A stretch of DNA of 64,000 nt, from the NCBI GenBank assembly GCA_035084275.1, contig CM068748.1, forward strand, positions 12,090,001-12,154,000, in the 5' to 3' direction. Source of the DNA: Hydrolagus colliei (lineage: Eukaryota). A model generated the notes under the pieces. The model ran no database searches, had not been told where the DNA came from, and saw nothing but the letters and a program-made list of their open reading frames with translations. The position numbers were made by a program, and so were the translations under genes. This document shows positions 24,301 to 35,484 of this stretch, piece by piece (positions within the stretch are counted from its first letter, which is position 1; each line of letters opens with the position of its first letter).

Positions 24301-27300
24301 AGCAAAGAGAGAAGCACATTACAAACACAATAAAGATGGCTCATATTGATTTGCTATTTCATGAAAAGCTTATATATTGTGTACTTTACCATTATTCTTC
24401 TGTTATTCTACAAACTCCTTTTTGACACTCAAGCTGTCAGCCTGGTTTAGAAGATTGCATTTCTGTGTAAGAATCAGAAGATTGTAGCCTTCTGGAGTTT
24501 GAATCAAGCTCCACTTTGGGCCTATACACTCGGTTTTCTTCAACCGCCTGATGCAGTAGTAGGATGCTTTAAAATGTGCTTTTTTTGTTTCGAGCACCAC
24601 TTTCCCACAGAAAAATTGTTTATTTCGTTATGCTAAATTGGCGACAATTACATGTGGAGTATGTTAAGATGTTTTGTCATAAGAAGAACTGTATCAAAAC
24701 ACATATTCTTATTATTGTTGATGTGAGCCACTTTTTCAAGTTTTGATTTACTTCTTTGTCCAGGGCCTTGGGATGTCCTCCCCACTTAGGAAGTGCACAA
24801 GAACAGTCTGCGAGTTTCCTGTGTGGAGATCCATGTGAGGAGATCCATGTGATTTCTGTTCAGTAAAGCCTCAGTGAAGTATGAGCATGGAACTATGTAC
24901 CCTCAATCAGAGATGAAATGCGTGTTTGGAGTGTTTATACTGTTTGTTTAGAGAAACTGCTCATGTATAGAGTGGCTCAGGTAATAGCACCTGATCCTTG
25001 ATTCACTAAGTTTGTGGTCAAGACTTTGAACTCAGGTCTTGGCAAACAATCCATTGTAATGCTGAGACAGTGGCAGAAACAATTTTTTTAAATAAAATTT
25101 TCTGTCAGCATAGTTGAAAAACACATCACATATATGTAGCATGGCTATGGAAAAGTAACCAATGAGTTCAAGATTGTAATTCACATTTGGTTTCAAATGT
25201 TGGATAAAAAAAATTTGAAGGTTGATATTGTGGTTTAAAGAGGTCATCTCAACTTCCATGATTAGATACTGAATTGTCATTCACAAACATCCATTATTAC
25301 ATCAAGACACATATGCACACTAATTTTGGTGAATGTGAGTGCAATGAAAATCTGATGCTCTTAATTGCATCTCTTAATTAACCTCAAATGTAAATCGACT
25401 TGGCTGCTGATAGCATGGTAAGGCCCTCTGTGTAACCCAGTAATGATAGTACATCTGCTTAAGAATTTCAGATAATTACTCTGCGAGCGTGTCTTGGGTT
25501 CTCTGGGTTGTCCTTCACTGTGATTGCGAGCCTATACTCTGCTGTCCGCTCCCTGTCCAATGGCCTATTAACATAGACGATGCCGCTCTGCAGAGCAAAT
25601 CACAGGAGAATGTCACGCAAACAGCTTTCTATTTACAACAAATCTAGACGCACAATTCTAATAATTCTTCCCAACACCTCACCACAGACTATCCCTCCTA
25701 CCTCTTCCCAGCAATGTTGGAAAAAAATAAAAACATTGAGATTCATTAAAAAGCAAAGTCATTTTTTAAAAAAAGAATTAAAAGACTGAATGGTTGAGGA
25801 AATGCATGAAAGAAAATATCAGAAGAAGGGTTTCCATTGCACTTCTTCGCATGTGGGCCTTCTCATTGTAGCTTACCTGGTGTCCTTCAAGTCCCGCCTC
25901 AAGACTCTCCTCTTCGATGGTCCCATTGGCAACTCCTAATCCCCCCCTTCCCTCCCCCACTTTCCCCAGCTCAGGTCTGAAACAATGACTGGCCAGCGCC
26001 TTGGGACGTCCTCCTGATGTGAAAGGCGCTATACAAGTATAATTTTATTGTTATTGTTACCTGAGACCAAGAACTCTGCGGAGCTGAGTATTAAATCTCC
26101 AGTACATTAGACCTATTATATTTTATGTATAGTAGAAGCCTGTTTATCCAGCACCCGTGGGACCTGTCCAATGCCGGTTAAAGCACCTACAGGATATTCG
26201 GGTGGCCCGTGGCTGAAAACCCCCCACAAAAAAATTAAAGTTATTTTTACACACACCATACACACCAGACTAAGTAATAGCAGATAGTGACAGAATGTTG
26301 TGTTGGTGCTTGTTGTTGGGGCTGCTCTCTTGCGCTTCTCACCTTTACTGATTGGGGTTTGCAGTCCAGCAATTCTTCTTTGAATGGGGGACGCCAGGCG
26401 GGTGAAAAAGGCGGCAGCGCGATTTTAAAGTTGTGTGACTTTATTAGCTGCAAGCCGAAGCCCTAGACTCTACTAGTGATAAACCGATATACTGCACCTG
26501 CGTGACAATGTGGGTTATCGGCTAGCGTTATTGGCTTGCCGCTAGTATGACTTAAAAGTGATACGCGCGCCATTTTTTTCGCCCACTTGGCGTGCTCCAT
26601 TTTGGGGAGAGTCGCTGGACTGTAAACCTCAACCGCAGCATCATGGCTTCAAGTGCAGCATCTACCAGCGGGGGTAGGAGGCATGGGAGAGTGGTTTTGA
26701 CAGTGAGTGCCAATGCAGTATTCTGTTATTCTGTTATTATTTATGCATTTATAAATGCTCCACTGCTATTGTTCCGGATAAGTTACAGTTTATCGAATAG
26801 GGACTTTTTTTTGGAGTGCCAGTTATACAGAAGGGCCAGTGCATCGAGTCACGGATAAATGAGCTTCTACTGTATTTCTTCTACTATCTGAACTAAAGCT
26901 TCTTAGGCAAGTAAAGTGGGAATCTGTAAGCTTGTGTTGACAACCAGCTTGACTATTGTTCTATATTTTGTTCAGTTGTGCTTTTACCATGTCTCTTTAA
27001 ATTTTGCTCAAGCGTATTCCTTGGCTTAAATAATACTGATAAAGAACGGTTATCACATGTATGAACAAATCTGAAAAATACTGACAATGACAAATAAGGA
27101 CTAACACTAGTTCTTTTTCATCCTCTTATGACATTGAAAACTTAGTAACCGGAGTTAGATGTTTCTTCGCCCAATATTACTAAGAAGTTGACAGAACTGC
27201 TTAAAACCGTTTCAAAATGGAACGAGATCATGATATGTAACTGCAAAAGTAATACATGCATTTTTTGCAATAAAAGCAAATACAGAAAGATCAAGCAAGA

Positions 27301-30300
27301 GTATTACGTTAGCATGGAGTTAATGGTATGCTGCTGAAAAATAAATAACTTAACTGTTTCATTGATAAAGAAGGCATTCTCTGCATTTCCAGCTGTGACA
27401 CTGAAGGTCAGCAGAGCATTCCGACCGCTGTCTGCATCTGTGGCCAGCACTCTGGCGATGGACGTGGACACAGTTGTATTCTCACTGACGCTGCAGTTCA
27501 ATGGGAGGTTCTGGAGCACTGGATCATTATCGTTTATATCTAGTACTCGCACTCCAACAAGTACCTGAACACAGAACAATTAATCAGCCGATTGGGATAA
27601 ATACCGATTGATCAGCCCATTGGAATACATGCTCGTGAAAAATGGATTCATTTTAAAAAAATGTAACTGAAGTTTTAACATGCAGCAGAAATCTTCACAG
27701 TGATCAACACATTTCCCCCTACAAATTGTTTTTGTGTTACATGATAATTTAAGGTATTGGTCTATGTGTGCTCATTAGCAACAAACATGTCAACAATTGA
27801 AAATATCTTTCCAGGGAACAGAATTATAAAGGTGCAGAACAACACATGGCTGGCAGTTGATGCCAAACTAATAATTCAATCAAATAGCTCCTATGATATA
27901 TGCTATTAGCCCAAATATTTAATCAGCAGATATAACCTGTTTAGTTACAGCTTTCCTCTTAGCTTTGGATATTTGTAAATTTGCACAATTGTTTTTTGTT
28001 TGGTAGGAACACAAATTGAAATAAATGGAGTGATGTAGGATATAAAGATGGAAGGGATATAAGATCTGCATTTTATAAGATAAAATACTACTGTATATAT
28101 AAATCGTAAATAATACTAGACTAAACTGAAAACCTCTTGAAACTTGGCTTTACTGGTTACCAGCATATTTCTTTTGCACAATGTATATACAAATGTTATT
28201 TGGTTGTTTTTGTTCTTTTGGGCAGGAGAGTGGATTGAGGAATGATCAGGAACCTGAGAAACAATGGGGGCAATTCTATAACAAGTAACTTGTTGTGGGT
28301 TTATCTTCAACTCTACTTCAGTAAAATAAAGCATCATTATATCCCAAAGAGCAGATCCTAAGGAACTAACAGAGTAACCATTATCAGAAATTGTGACTGA
28401 AGGACAGTGATAGAGGATCTACACTGTATATAGATACCTGAATAAGGCCAATCAAAGAATACAGTTGCACGGATCAACTAAGGATAAGCTGAAGTCCATT
28501 AATGATTATTTGTGATTTGGTGTTAGAAGCAAGTGAATGAAGTGTAGGCTTAAATATCCAATTGAGAATATTAATGGAGTAAGAACTGACCGTACTGCTC
28601 AGTGATGGTGTTCCTCTATCTTTTCCCATAATAGTTATGTTATAAAATGAAACAGTCTCTCGATCCAACTCAGCATCTCTTTTCACACGAAGCTCCCCAT
28701 CCACTGGGGAAATGATAAACTCATCTGTACCGGAAAACAAGTTATGTAAGTAATCTATTTCAATTAAGTAGTATCTCTACAACCAGGAAACATTCCTTTG
28801 CACGAATGTAAATGCCTCCTTCCAAACCCACCGTCAAACACACACAATGGTTGTACAAATAACGCATTCTGCCCAGATCACCTTTTTTCATTTTTTCATT
28901 ACATATTTTTATAAATATGTAGTTACTTTATAGGAAAAGTCACTTCAAAGTCACTTCAAAGTAAGCTGCAAGGATTATTATTCAATACTATTCTGAACTT
29001 TATGCCTGTTATCTAACAGACGATCATCTAACTTCTGCTATTTTGTAACCTTGTTCATGCTACAGTTACGAGAGAAACCCCCAGGGTTAGGGTTAGAATT
29101 AGGGCATTAGTTCGCAAACCTCTATCAGAAGTAAACTCACCATTAAACCTCTAAGGGAGGCTAATTGAGGTATTATGACTACAATAAATCTTTGATGATC
29201 ATTGAATCACAAGACAAGAGACACACCATGAGACAATAATAGTTTTGTTATAATGGGCTCAGTATGTGATAGTTTGGCTTTGTAGTCTTTCATTAACAAG
29301 TGAAAATAATCTTACTGTGGGCTCAGGAGATCTGTATTCATGGTTAGAACTTCAAAGTCTACTTTTAATTAAAAAAATTAATGATTTAGAAAATAAATTT
29401 AATAATATATTCATTGTCTCTGAAGTGTTTCTGGAAGAAAATTCCATACAATGATGCATAGTAAAGATATAAAAAGTCCTCCAGCATTTTTCCCTTCAGT
29501 TGAATTTATTTTGAAATTATCTTTACTGTTATACTTAAAAGTTTCTTTACATTTCCAATTACTTCTTAAAATGCCCCTCCAGCATGCACGCACATGCACG
29601 CACACACACACACACACAGACACACACACGCGTATACACAAAGAAAGGAGCTGTAGAGTTTCAAATAATGGATCATTGTTAATTCTTTAAAAGTTTCAAT
29701 ACATAAACCATTTGATCCCTATTTTAAAAATATTCTCTTTTGTGCCTTTCCACATGGCAACAGCATCGGGCTATTATGATGTAATAATAATTTATTAATC
29801 ATTAATCATATAATGATGTGGGCTAAAGTTAGCCAATTAGTGCCAAAGAGTGATTCTTCCTGCACCACAGGGCTGATTTAGATTTGATTAAAGTTTGTTC
29901 AAATCAGGATTAACTAGTATCAATTTATGCTGCAGACTACATCACAAGCACGAGAATGTTTCTTCGAGCGATCTGGATACAATTCAATGATCCTTTCAGC
30001 AACATTTTTTTAAATGACAGTGATAATGATAATGAACAGCTATCATAATACAGTAATAGGGTTGTGGTGACACTATTCATTTCAATGTCACGTAGATTTG
30101 TTTTGCTTGAGTGGAATACTTTTTTTTAAAAAAAAGCTCTCTTTAAAATAGAAATAAATAAATCCTGCTATTCACTGTTTAGCTGTGATACTATTTTTCT
30201 TCTTGCGAATGTTTGAGAAGGTAACTGGACCGCAGCATCATTAAGTTGTGTGCCACTTGCTTCTCTCATACTTACTGAGAGGATCCCCTCCTATGACACT

Positions 30301-33300
30301 GTATTCTACTTGCCCATTTGGGCCTGCGTCTTTATCTGCTGCGATGAATGTCCACACCCTTGGACCTGGCTGGCCCTCAGTAATGTCAAAGGGACCTTCA
30401 TATGAACGAGCAAAGGTTGGAGTCACATCGTTGATATCATTCACATTGACCACCACCTATAACAGAAAAAGAACGGTTTACAATTTAACCCATATTTGAA
30501 AGGTATAGTTTAAGAGTTCTGACATTGAAAAAACTAGAGCAGATGGAAATGCAAGCCTGGGATTCATTGAATTCTTTTAGAGGCCTGTAGCCCAGTGGTT
30601 GGAGCACTCGCCTCGCAAGCAAGAGACCTGGATTTGTTTCCCAGCCAGGGCAAAACTTTGGGCAACTTTCCTTACTCCACATGCCTGATGATAATCCCTC
30701 CAGAAAAACAAACAAAAATAAATTGGTTACTTCAATCCACGACTGTGGGACACTGTTGTGCACAATTGGCTGCTGCATTTTGCCCATAAATATACAGTTA
30801 ATTCACTTTAGAGTATATTTTTGTGAAGTGCTTTGAGATGTCTAGAAGATGTGAAAAGTGATATATCAAATGCAAGGATTATTATTATTAATTCTATCTC
30901 TATACAGAGATGGAGTCAAAATAATCTATCTCCAATGTTGGTTAATGATCCAAATCTGTCTCTCAGATGACCCTGGAACAATAAATAGTTCAGTAGAAAT
31001 TGAATAAAAAAAGAGTTTGCGATGTTCAGGCTTGGCCAGTTTTCTTATTCTCCCTCCACAACCTCTTACTGTCACATGAAAAAGATTCTTGAATGGAAAC
31101 CTGAAACAAGGTCATTTACACTTTGTCACATTAATCAAGAAATAGCAAATCTTATTTGGAGAGGCAACAAAAACAAAATTACATTTGTAGAGTCTTTCAC
31201 ATCGGGAGGACGTCCCAAGGCACTAGACAGTCATTGTTTTAGATCCAAGCTGGGGTCAAGGGCAAAATTAGCTGTATATTTATGGGCAAAAGGAGGCAAA
31301 GAAGAAAGTAAGGCAAAGGGATTGTGGGATGGAGTTCCAAAACATGGGGCAGAGAGGCTGAAAGCCAGTTAACGATAGTAGAATGGGACGGGCAGGAGAC
31401 ATGGAGCAGGCCAGGGCCTGCTGAACAGAGAGGGGGATAGCAGGTCAGAAAGGTGGAAGGGGGCAAGGCCATGAAAGTGAGGACGAGGATCTTGAATTCT
31501 AACCTTTGAGGGATGGGCTGCCAATGGAGGCAGGCAAGGGTGGGGATGATGGGGTCATGGAGCCTGGTGTGGAAGAAGACACGAGCTGCAGAGTTTTGGA
31601 TGATCTGCAGCTTGTGGATAGAAGAATTGGGGAGGCTGCTAAAGAGGAAGTTGCTATAGTTAAGCCTTGAGGTGGCAAACTCGTGGTGTGAGTATTTCTG
31701 TAGCCTGAGGTATGAGGCAGTGGTGGAGTTGGGTGATGTTGTGGAAGTGGTGGAAGGCGGAGCTGGTCACAGCATGGATATAACAACAACTACAAGAACT
31801 TCGATTTATATAGTGTCCTCCATGCCAGACAGCATCTCAGAGCTCTTTGATATGGGGGAGAAAGGACAGTTCAGTTTCAAACAAGACACCCAGGATCTTG
31901 ATTGGCTTGGTGAGGTGGAGTGTGCATCCGTGGATGCTGATGCTGCCAGTGCCTGAGGTGCGGAGCCGCTGGTGCGAACCTATCAGAAGCTCCTTGGTCT
32001 TGCTGACTTTCAGCAGTAGAAAGTTGTCTCTCATCCAGGATTTGATGTCTGACAGGCAGTCTGTCAGGACACCAGTAGTCCTAGAATTACCGATGGAGGC
32101 AGAGAGATGGAGCTGGGCGTCATCCACGTACATGTGGCAATTTACTCCATGTCTATGGATAATGTCACCAAGGGGGAGCATGTAGCGATTGAAGAGGAGG
32201 GGACAGAGGACAGAGCCCTGAGGAACACTGCACAAGATGGTGCGGGGGCTGGAAGAGAAACCGTTGGTGTAGACAAATTGGAATAAGGTTGCCTGGTAGA
32301 ACAGATAATATACTGTATGATATTGGTGATCTAGAGGCTTCTCCAGAGACTGAGTTAGGTATAAACTTGATGCAATAATGAAAAGATCAATACTATTTAT
32401 AACCTGCACAATGATGCTTGATGTGGTTAATGGTTCAAGTGTGGTCAACAACTCGCCTCAGAAGAGCAATATGTTCTACACAAAGCAAACATTTTCTTTG
32501 TAGCTTTCAAAGCACTGTATTTTTCTGAATACAAGGTGCTCTCAATTAACAACACTACAGTCAGAAGTCTATACTGAGTCATAAGGTTGTAAGGGCAAGA
32601 CCTACTTCAAACATTTGAGCTCACACTTTCTGGTCAGGGGGATGTTAAAGATCCCATGACGTTATTCATAAAGAAAGGAGAATTTCTCCTTGTTCCTCGG
32701 TGTACGATCCTCCAATAAAATTAATCATTCACTTCATTACTTTGCACAAAACATTGTCTGCTGTGTTTGCCTCTAAATAAAGTGCCTCAAATGTAGGCAC
32801 ATTAGTAACATTAAGATCAGCCAGGTAGGCCAGAGGGAAGAATATGTCAAAAATATCTTCAAGATGAAGGGATGGTTTGGGAACTCCCAGAAAAATACTT
32901 TCAGACTGTTTCAGTTAACTCTGAGCAGACCTCTTGGAAGTCTTACAAAGTGTTGAATTTTTGCAATCTGCTTCCTTTATGGTGAAAGACTCACTGTGGT
33001 CGTGGATGTGAGGCGTCGCTCTCGATCTGAGCACTGGTCTATGGCCGTGACAATCAGAGTGTAGCGTCCGTGGCTTATCTCGTAGTCCAATTCTTTTATT
33101 GCCTTGATCAGACCCTAGAGAGGAAACAAAATAACTGCTTGTGTGAGCATGAGTGATTTGCTCAGACCCCATATGAAAATGTTTAACCACTTTGTTTCCT
33201 TCTGATCCAACAATCATTTAGGGGTTCTCAAACATGCAAATTCCAGCAGCAGCTGGACAGTGATCTAGGGCATGGAGAGGTCAATTTCTAATTATCCTAT

Positions 33301-35484
33301 GACTGGATTGGGTCCCCATAGTGGACACAAAACATCTGCAGTTCAAAAGCAAGACTGGCCAATGTGAGCTTTGGTGGTAACTGTCTTGCTCAGCAGCAGG
33401 GGACAAGTATGACTAGGCTGGATGGAGCTCACGGTCTAACTTTGCCTCTCTCCCCAGTGATGCCCCTAGCCACGACTTGGCAGTGCAACTGAGCTGCAAC
33501 CTAGCAAAGATGACAAGAGTATTGATTCACTTAAGAAAACACTGCACTGTTAATGCCATCACTCACAATACAACTAACTTAAAAACTTGAGAAAGGACCA
33601 TGAGCAAATCAGCAAAACATAAGCTTCCACATTAAATCAACAGAATTTCTGAAATCATTTTAATCAATGTCACCACTTAGCTCTGCTGAAGAACAAAACA
33701 TGTTTTCAAAAATAACACAAACGAAAGGACAAAAACTCTTAAATGATCTCACTCCATCCTTTTCTACCATCTGTCCTCCCTCCTACAACTCCAGTTTTCT
33801 GATTTTGTTCCTACTTGATCTAGTATCTTCACAGTGTCTTCTCTATCAGCATCTCCACCTGCCCCCCTCACCTCCAATACTTTTCTTGGTCTAAAATAGC
33901 TGCTGTTCCCAACAATCTGCAACATCATAAAGTCTCAGGTGGTCAGAAAGATCTGTCAATAAAGTCGGGATGACCTTAGACCTGGCTTGAGGCAGAAGCA
34001 GGTTAGGGGCATTCTGTACAAATAGGGACATGAGAAGAGTCAGTCCATGTAAAAGGGGAGGATCCCAGCCTGTTTAAAAGCTGTGATCTCGGCAGCACCT
34101 GCTCTTTTAAATCTCAGGCTTTCATGGTTGTGCAAGGTATTGCGACCACATCACTCCCACCCTCGCCCGTCTCCACTGGCTTCCCATCCCCCCAGATTGA
34201 ATTTAAGATCTTCGTCCTCACTTTCAAGGCCATTCACGGCCTTATCCCCGCCTATCTCTCTGACCTACTGTCGCCCTACCAGCCTGCCTGCACCCTCCGT
34301 TCAGCAGACTCAGGCCTGCTCCGTGTTCACCGCCCTAATCGCCCAACCATCGGAGGCCGGGCTTTCAGCCTCTCTGCTCCCACACTGTGGAACTCCATCC
34401 CGCAGCCCCTCCGCCTTGTCTCCTCCCTTTCTTCCTTCAAGGCCGGTCTCAAGACCTTCCTCTTCGACCGCGCCTTTGGCTTCTCCACTAACTCTTCCCC
34501 CTCTCCTTCCCCCTATCCCAACCCTCACCACCCCTACTCGGATCCCGACCTGACTGTTCAGCGTTTTTGGACGTCCTCCCATCGTGAAAGGCGCTATATA
34601 AGTGCAATTTTGTGTTGTTGTTTTTGGCAACTCAAAGCTCCAGTTCCAAATAGCCCACCACCTGTTTAAAGAGAGTCTATCTTTTCAGGGTCCAACATCC
34701 TAGACTGTGAGTAGATTCCAGATTCCTGAAACCAATTCAGCTGTTGTAAGGTCTCATCCTGTAAGAGCCCCCAGACTGTCTGGATTACTTCACCTGTTAA
34801 TGTGGCTTGTGCTTGTGACTTTGACGGGAAAAAGTAAAAGAAAATCTGCAATTTATATCATGTTAATTGGAGAGCATTATCTTGGAATTCTTTATGGAGA
34901 CTTTATGGGACGTTATGCTTTATGGGACATCCTCCTGATGTGAAAGGCGCTCTATATATATGTAATTTTGTTGTTGTTGCTGTTTATGGAACAGAGTTAT
35001 TCATTGCAATCATGCATAGGGAGCTGAATTGGTGAAGGACATTATTGTGGAGTTTTGTGTATTGGTGACGTAGACCTCTTTCAGACAGTAAAGTCAATTC
35101 ACTTTGCAGTAATATTCTGTGAAGTGCTTTGAGACATCTCGAAGATGTGATAGAGCGCTTATATCATATACAAGGATTATTATTATTATTTATTACACAA
35201 GTGAAATCCATAATAGCTTCTTCATTGCACGTTGAATTGCAGTTGCATTCATTAATACTCACTGTGGTGTTTTGAATAACAAATGTGTTACCAATATTCC
35301 CTTCCAATATGCCGTAGCTAATAGTCCCATTTAGGCCTTCATCTTGATCTGTTGCATTCACCGTTATATTGAATGAATATAAGGTAAGTGGCCCTTCATC
35401 CAAAGTGATTTCATATAACTGTTGCCGAAATACAGGATAGTTGTCATTCTCATCCAAAATGGTTATAAAAACCATCGTCATTGC
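231..35484 (-). CDS. CDH23: Cadherin-23, partial gene: 26 coding exons (about human exons 39-64), EC repeats ~15/16-27, membrane-adjacent domain and TM helix; gene continues beyond both window edges
   Basis: Hand-assembled GT-AG exons join in frame (4442 nt). Repeated cadherin motifs DRE, DxNDN and AxDxD. C-terminal exons [26 protein letters not shown] and [27 protein letters not shown] are diagnostic of CDH23. Confidence 0.98.
1225..1345 (-). CDS. CDH23: CDH23 exon ~63 (121 nt)
   Basis: ctgtag|[40 protein letters not shown]|gtaata. Confidence 0.96.
2253..2422 (+). mobile_element. tRNA-derived SINE, 3' half
   Basis: Shares the core (gacactgctgtgtgcaattg...tttgcccaca) and tail (gcgctatatcaaatgcaaggattat) with the full copies at 13279, 30581 and 55529. 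Confidence 0.85.
3330..3427 (-). CDS. CDH23: CDH23 exon ~62 (98 nt)
   Basis: ttacag|[33 protein letters not shown]|gtgagt. Confidence 0.96.
3806..4031. repeat. Unclassified ~225-bp duplicated segment, copy 1
   Basis: Aligns by eye, colinear and in the same orientation, with 6691-6913. Confidence 0.85.
4273..4529 (-). CDS. CDH23: CDH23 exon ~61 (257 nt)
   Basis: tttcag|[23 protein letters not shown]...[15 protein letters not shown]|gtagtc. Confidence 0.96.
4626..6075 (+). mobile_element. CR1-clade LINE, 5'-truncated, with uninterrupted ORF2 RT and C-terminal frame (4643-5989) and 3' UTR
   Basis: ORF has [33 protein letters not shown] and KFADDTK; the 3' end is the CR1-typical (ATTCTATG)n microsatellite at ~6054-6075. 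Confidence 0.96.
6269..6430 (-). CDS. CDH23: CDH23 exon ~60 (162 nt)
   Basis: ctctag|[25 protein letters not shown]...VGNVFIIG|gtagga. Confidence 0.95.
6691..6913. repeat. Unclassified ~225-bp duplicated segment, copy 2
   Basis: Aligns with 3806-4031; shared blocks include ttgtgtcaccaaatctttcac and cacagggtcttcaccaatg. Confidence 0.85.
7150..7407 (-). CDS. CDH23: CDH23 exon ~59 (258 nt)
   Basis: atatag|[25 protein letters not shown]...[18 protein letters not shown]|gtgagt. Confidence 0.95.
7841..7970 (-). CDS. CDH23: CDH23 exon ~58 (130 nt)
   Basis: catcag|[43 protein letters not shown]|gtgaga. Confidence 0.95.
8704..8817 (-). CDS. CDH23: CDH23 exon ~57 (114 nt)
   Basis: ttccag|[38 protein letters not shown]|gtaaga. 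Confidence 0.95.
9304..9495 (-). CDS. CDH23: CDH23 exon ~56 (192 nt)
   Basis: ttctag|[22 protein letters not shown]...[10 protein letters not shown]|gtaagt. Confidence 0.95.
10302..10513 (-). CDS. CDH23: CDH23 exon ~55 (212 nt)
   Basis: tttcag|[12 protein letters not shown]...[22 protein letters not shown]|gtaata. Confidence 0.95.
11170..11347 (-). CDS. CDH23: CDH23 exon ~54 (178 nt)
   Basis: ctgtag|[28 protein letters not shown]...IEGPGA|gtaaaa. Confidence 0.95.
11985..12104 (-). CDS. CDH23: CDH23 exon ~53 (120 nt)
   Basis: atcaag|[40 protein letters not shown]|gtaaca. Confidence 0.95.
12755..12907 (+). mobile_element. CR1 LINE 3'-end fragment
   Basis: Matches the 3' end of the 4626-6075 element (gggctatgga...agccggc...gaatggcctcct...attctatgattct). 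Confidence 0.85.
13027..13164 (-). CDS. CDH23: CDH23 exon ~52 (138 nt)
   Basis: atacag|[46 protein letters not shown]|gtaagt. Confidence 0.95.
13279..13587 (-). mobile_element. Full-length tRNA-derived SINE
   Basis: Reverse complement begins ggagtcctctcactcagtggttagagc (A box) ... gggttcgattccc (B box), followed by the family core and an (ATT)n tail. Confidence 0.88.
14130..14299 (-). CDS. CDH23: CDH23 exon ~51 (170 nt)
   Basis: ccacag|[19 protein letters not shown]...[15 protein letters not shown]|gtcact. Confidence 0.95.
14854..15078 (-). CDS. CDH23: CDH23 exon ~50 (225 nt)
   Basis: ttttag|[21 protein letters not shown]...RLEDPAAG|gtatgt. Confidence 0.95.
15909..16025 (-). CDS. CDH23: CDH23 exon ~49 (117 nt)
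   Basis: gtccag|[39 protein letters not shown]|gtaagc. Confidence 0.95.
16890..17125 (+). mobile_element. Old, degenerate Deu-domain-like SINE
   Basis: gtcctttagataatatgtaaaatgtaggtcccacctgcccgttctggtggatgt resembles the DeuSINE core; similar pieces lie at ~32570-32775, 35931-36212, 38925-39015 (-) and 43200-43330. Confidence 0.55.
18639..19100 (-). CDS. CDH23: CDH23 exon ~48 (462 nt)
   Basis: ttgtag|[15 protein letters not shown]...[13 protein letters not shown]...AFGINFETG|gtaaag. Confidence 0.96.
20323..20526 (-). CDS. CDH23: CDH23 exon ~47 (204 nt)
   Basis: ttccag|[14 protein letters not shown]...[25 protein letters not shown]|gtacaa. Confidence 0.95.
21788..22115. mobile_element. Tc1/mariner (pogo/Tigger-type) MITE, copy 1
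   Basis: Perfect 21-bp TIR CAGTAGAAGCCCGTTTATCCG / CGGATAAACGGGCTTCTACTG, flanked by TA on both sides. Confidence 0.92.
22721..23270 (+). mobile_element. L2-clade LINE 3' fragment (subfamily B tail)
   Basis: Translates to [10 protein letters not shown]...LQLIQNS...[13 protein letters not shown]...RIDFKIL-like...GRAFS...LWNSLP; tail gtgaagcgctctgagacgccgtccggcgtggagggcgctat plus (GTT)n. Confidence 0.9.
23764..23889 (-). CDS. CDH23: CDH23 exon ~46 (126 nt)
   Basis: ttttag|[43 protein letters not shown]|gtaagt. Confidence 0.95.
24196..24298 (-). CDS. CDH23: CDH23 exon ~45 (103 nt)
   Basis: tgctag|[35 protein letters not shown]|gtgggt; not in the ORF track. Confidence 0.95.
25480..25587 (-). 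CDS. CDH23: CDH23 exon ~44 (108 nt)
   Basis: ctgcag|[36 protein letters not shown]|gtaatt. Confidence 0.95.
25881..26060 (+). mobile_element. L2 LINE 3' tail (subfamily A)
   Basis: ctcaagactctcctcttcga...gcgccttgggacgtcctcctgatgtgaaaggcgctat plus (TTG)n; short tails of the same type at 34922-34980 (+), 50023-50090 (+) and 52310-52376 (-). Confidence 0.8.
26130..26872. mobile_element. Tc1/mariner-type MITE, copy 2 (opposite orientation to copy 1, larger)
   Basis: TA|tagtagaagcctgtttatcc ... ggataaatgagcttctactg|TA; subterminal blocks shared with 21788-22115. Confidence 0.88.
27355..27564 (-). CDS. CDH23: CDH23 exon ~43 (210 nt)
   Basis: gttcag|[21 protein letters not shown]...[10 protein letters not shown]|gttaag. 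Confidence 0.95.
28591..28724 (-). CDS. CDH23: CDH23 exon ~42 (134 nt)
   Basis: gtacag|[45 protein letters not shown]|gtcagt. Confidence 0.95.
29588..29640. repeat. (CA)n / CACG microsatellite
   Basis: cacgcacatgcacgcacacacacacacacacagacacacacacgcg. Confidence 0.9.
30276..30456 (-). CDS. CDH23: CDH23 exon ~41 (181 nt)
   Basis: ttatag|[37 protein letters not shown]...IGGDPL|gtaagt. Confidence 0.95.
30581..30890 (+). mobile_element. Full-length tRNA-derived SINE
   Basis: ggcctgtagcccagtggttggagcactcgcc head, family core and tail atatcaaatgcaaggattattattatt; partial copies at ~8053-8183 (-), 8994-9110 (-), 35085-35195 (+), 35800-35929 (+), 37943-38171 (+), 46926-47043 (+) and 52721-52908 (-). 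Confidence 0.88.
31165..32300 (-). mobile_element. L2 LINE fragment (RT domain to 3' tail, subfamily A) interrupted by a nested L2-B tail at 31782-31848
   Basis: ORF 31837-32451(-) contains VPQGSVL.PLLF...HMYVDDAQL...DIKSWM; colinear with the 57190-58383 copy. Confidence 0.9.
32995..33114 (-). CDS. CDH23: CDH23 exon ~40 (120 nt)
   Basis: ctctag|[40 protein letters not shown]|gtgagt. Confidence 0.95.
34140..34624 (+). mobile_element. L2 LINE 3' fragment (subfamily A)
   Basis: [25 protein letters not shown]...[16 protein letters not shown]...[10 protein letters not shown]; tail gtgaaaggcgctat plus (TTG)n. Confidence 0.9.
35263..35484 (-). CDS. CDH23: CDH23 exon ~39 (222 nt), the most 5' CDH23 exon in the window
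   Basis: ttccag|[32 protein letters not shown]...NTFVIQNTT|gtgagt. Confidence 0.95.

Noticed and set aside
29083-29110. TTAGGG-like units (also ~17843-17890)
   Set aside because: Only two or three imperfect units; too short to call an interstitial telomere
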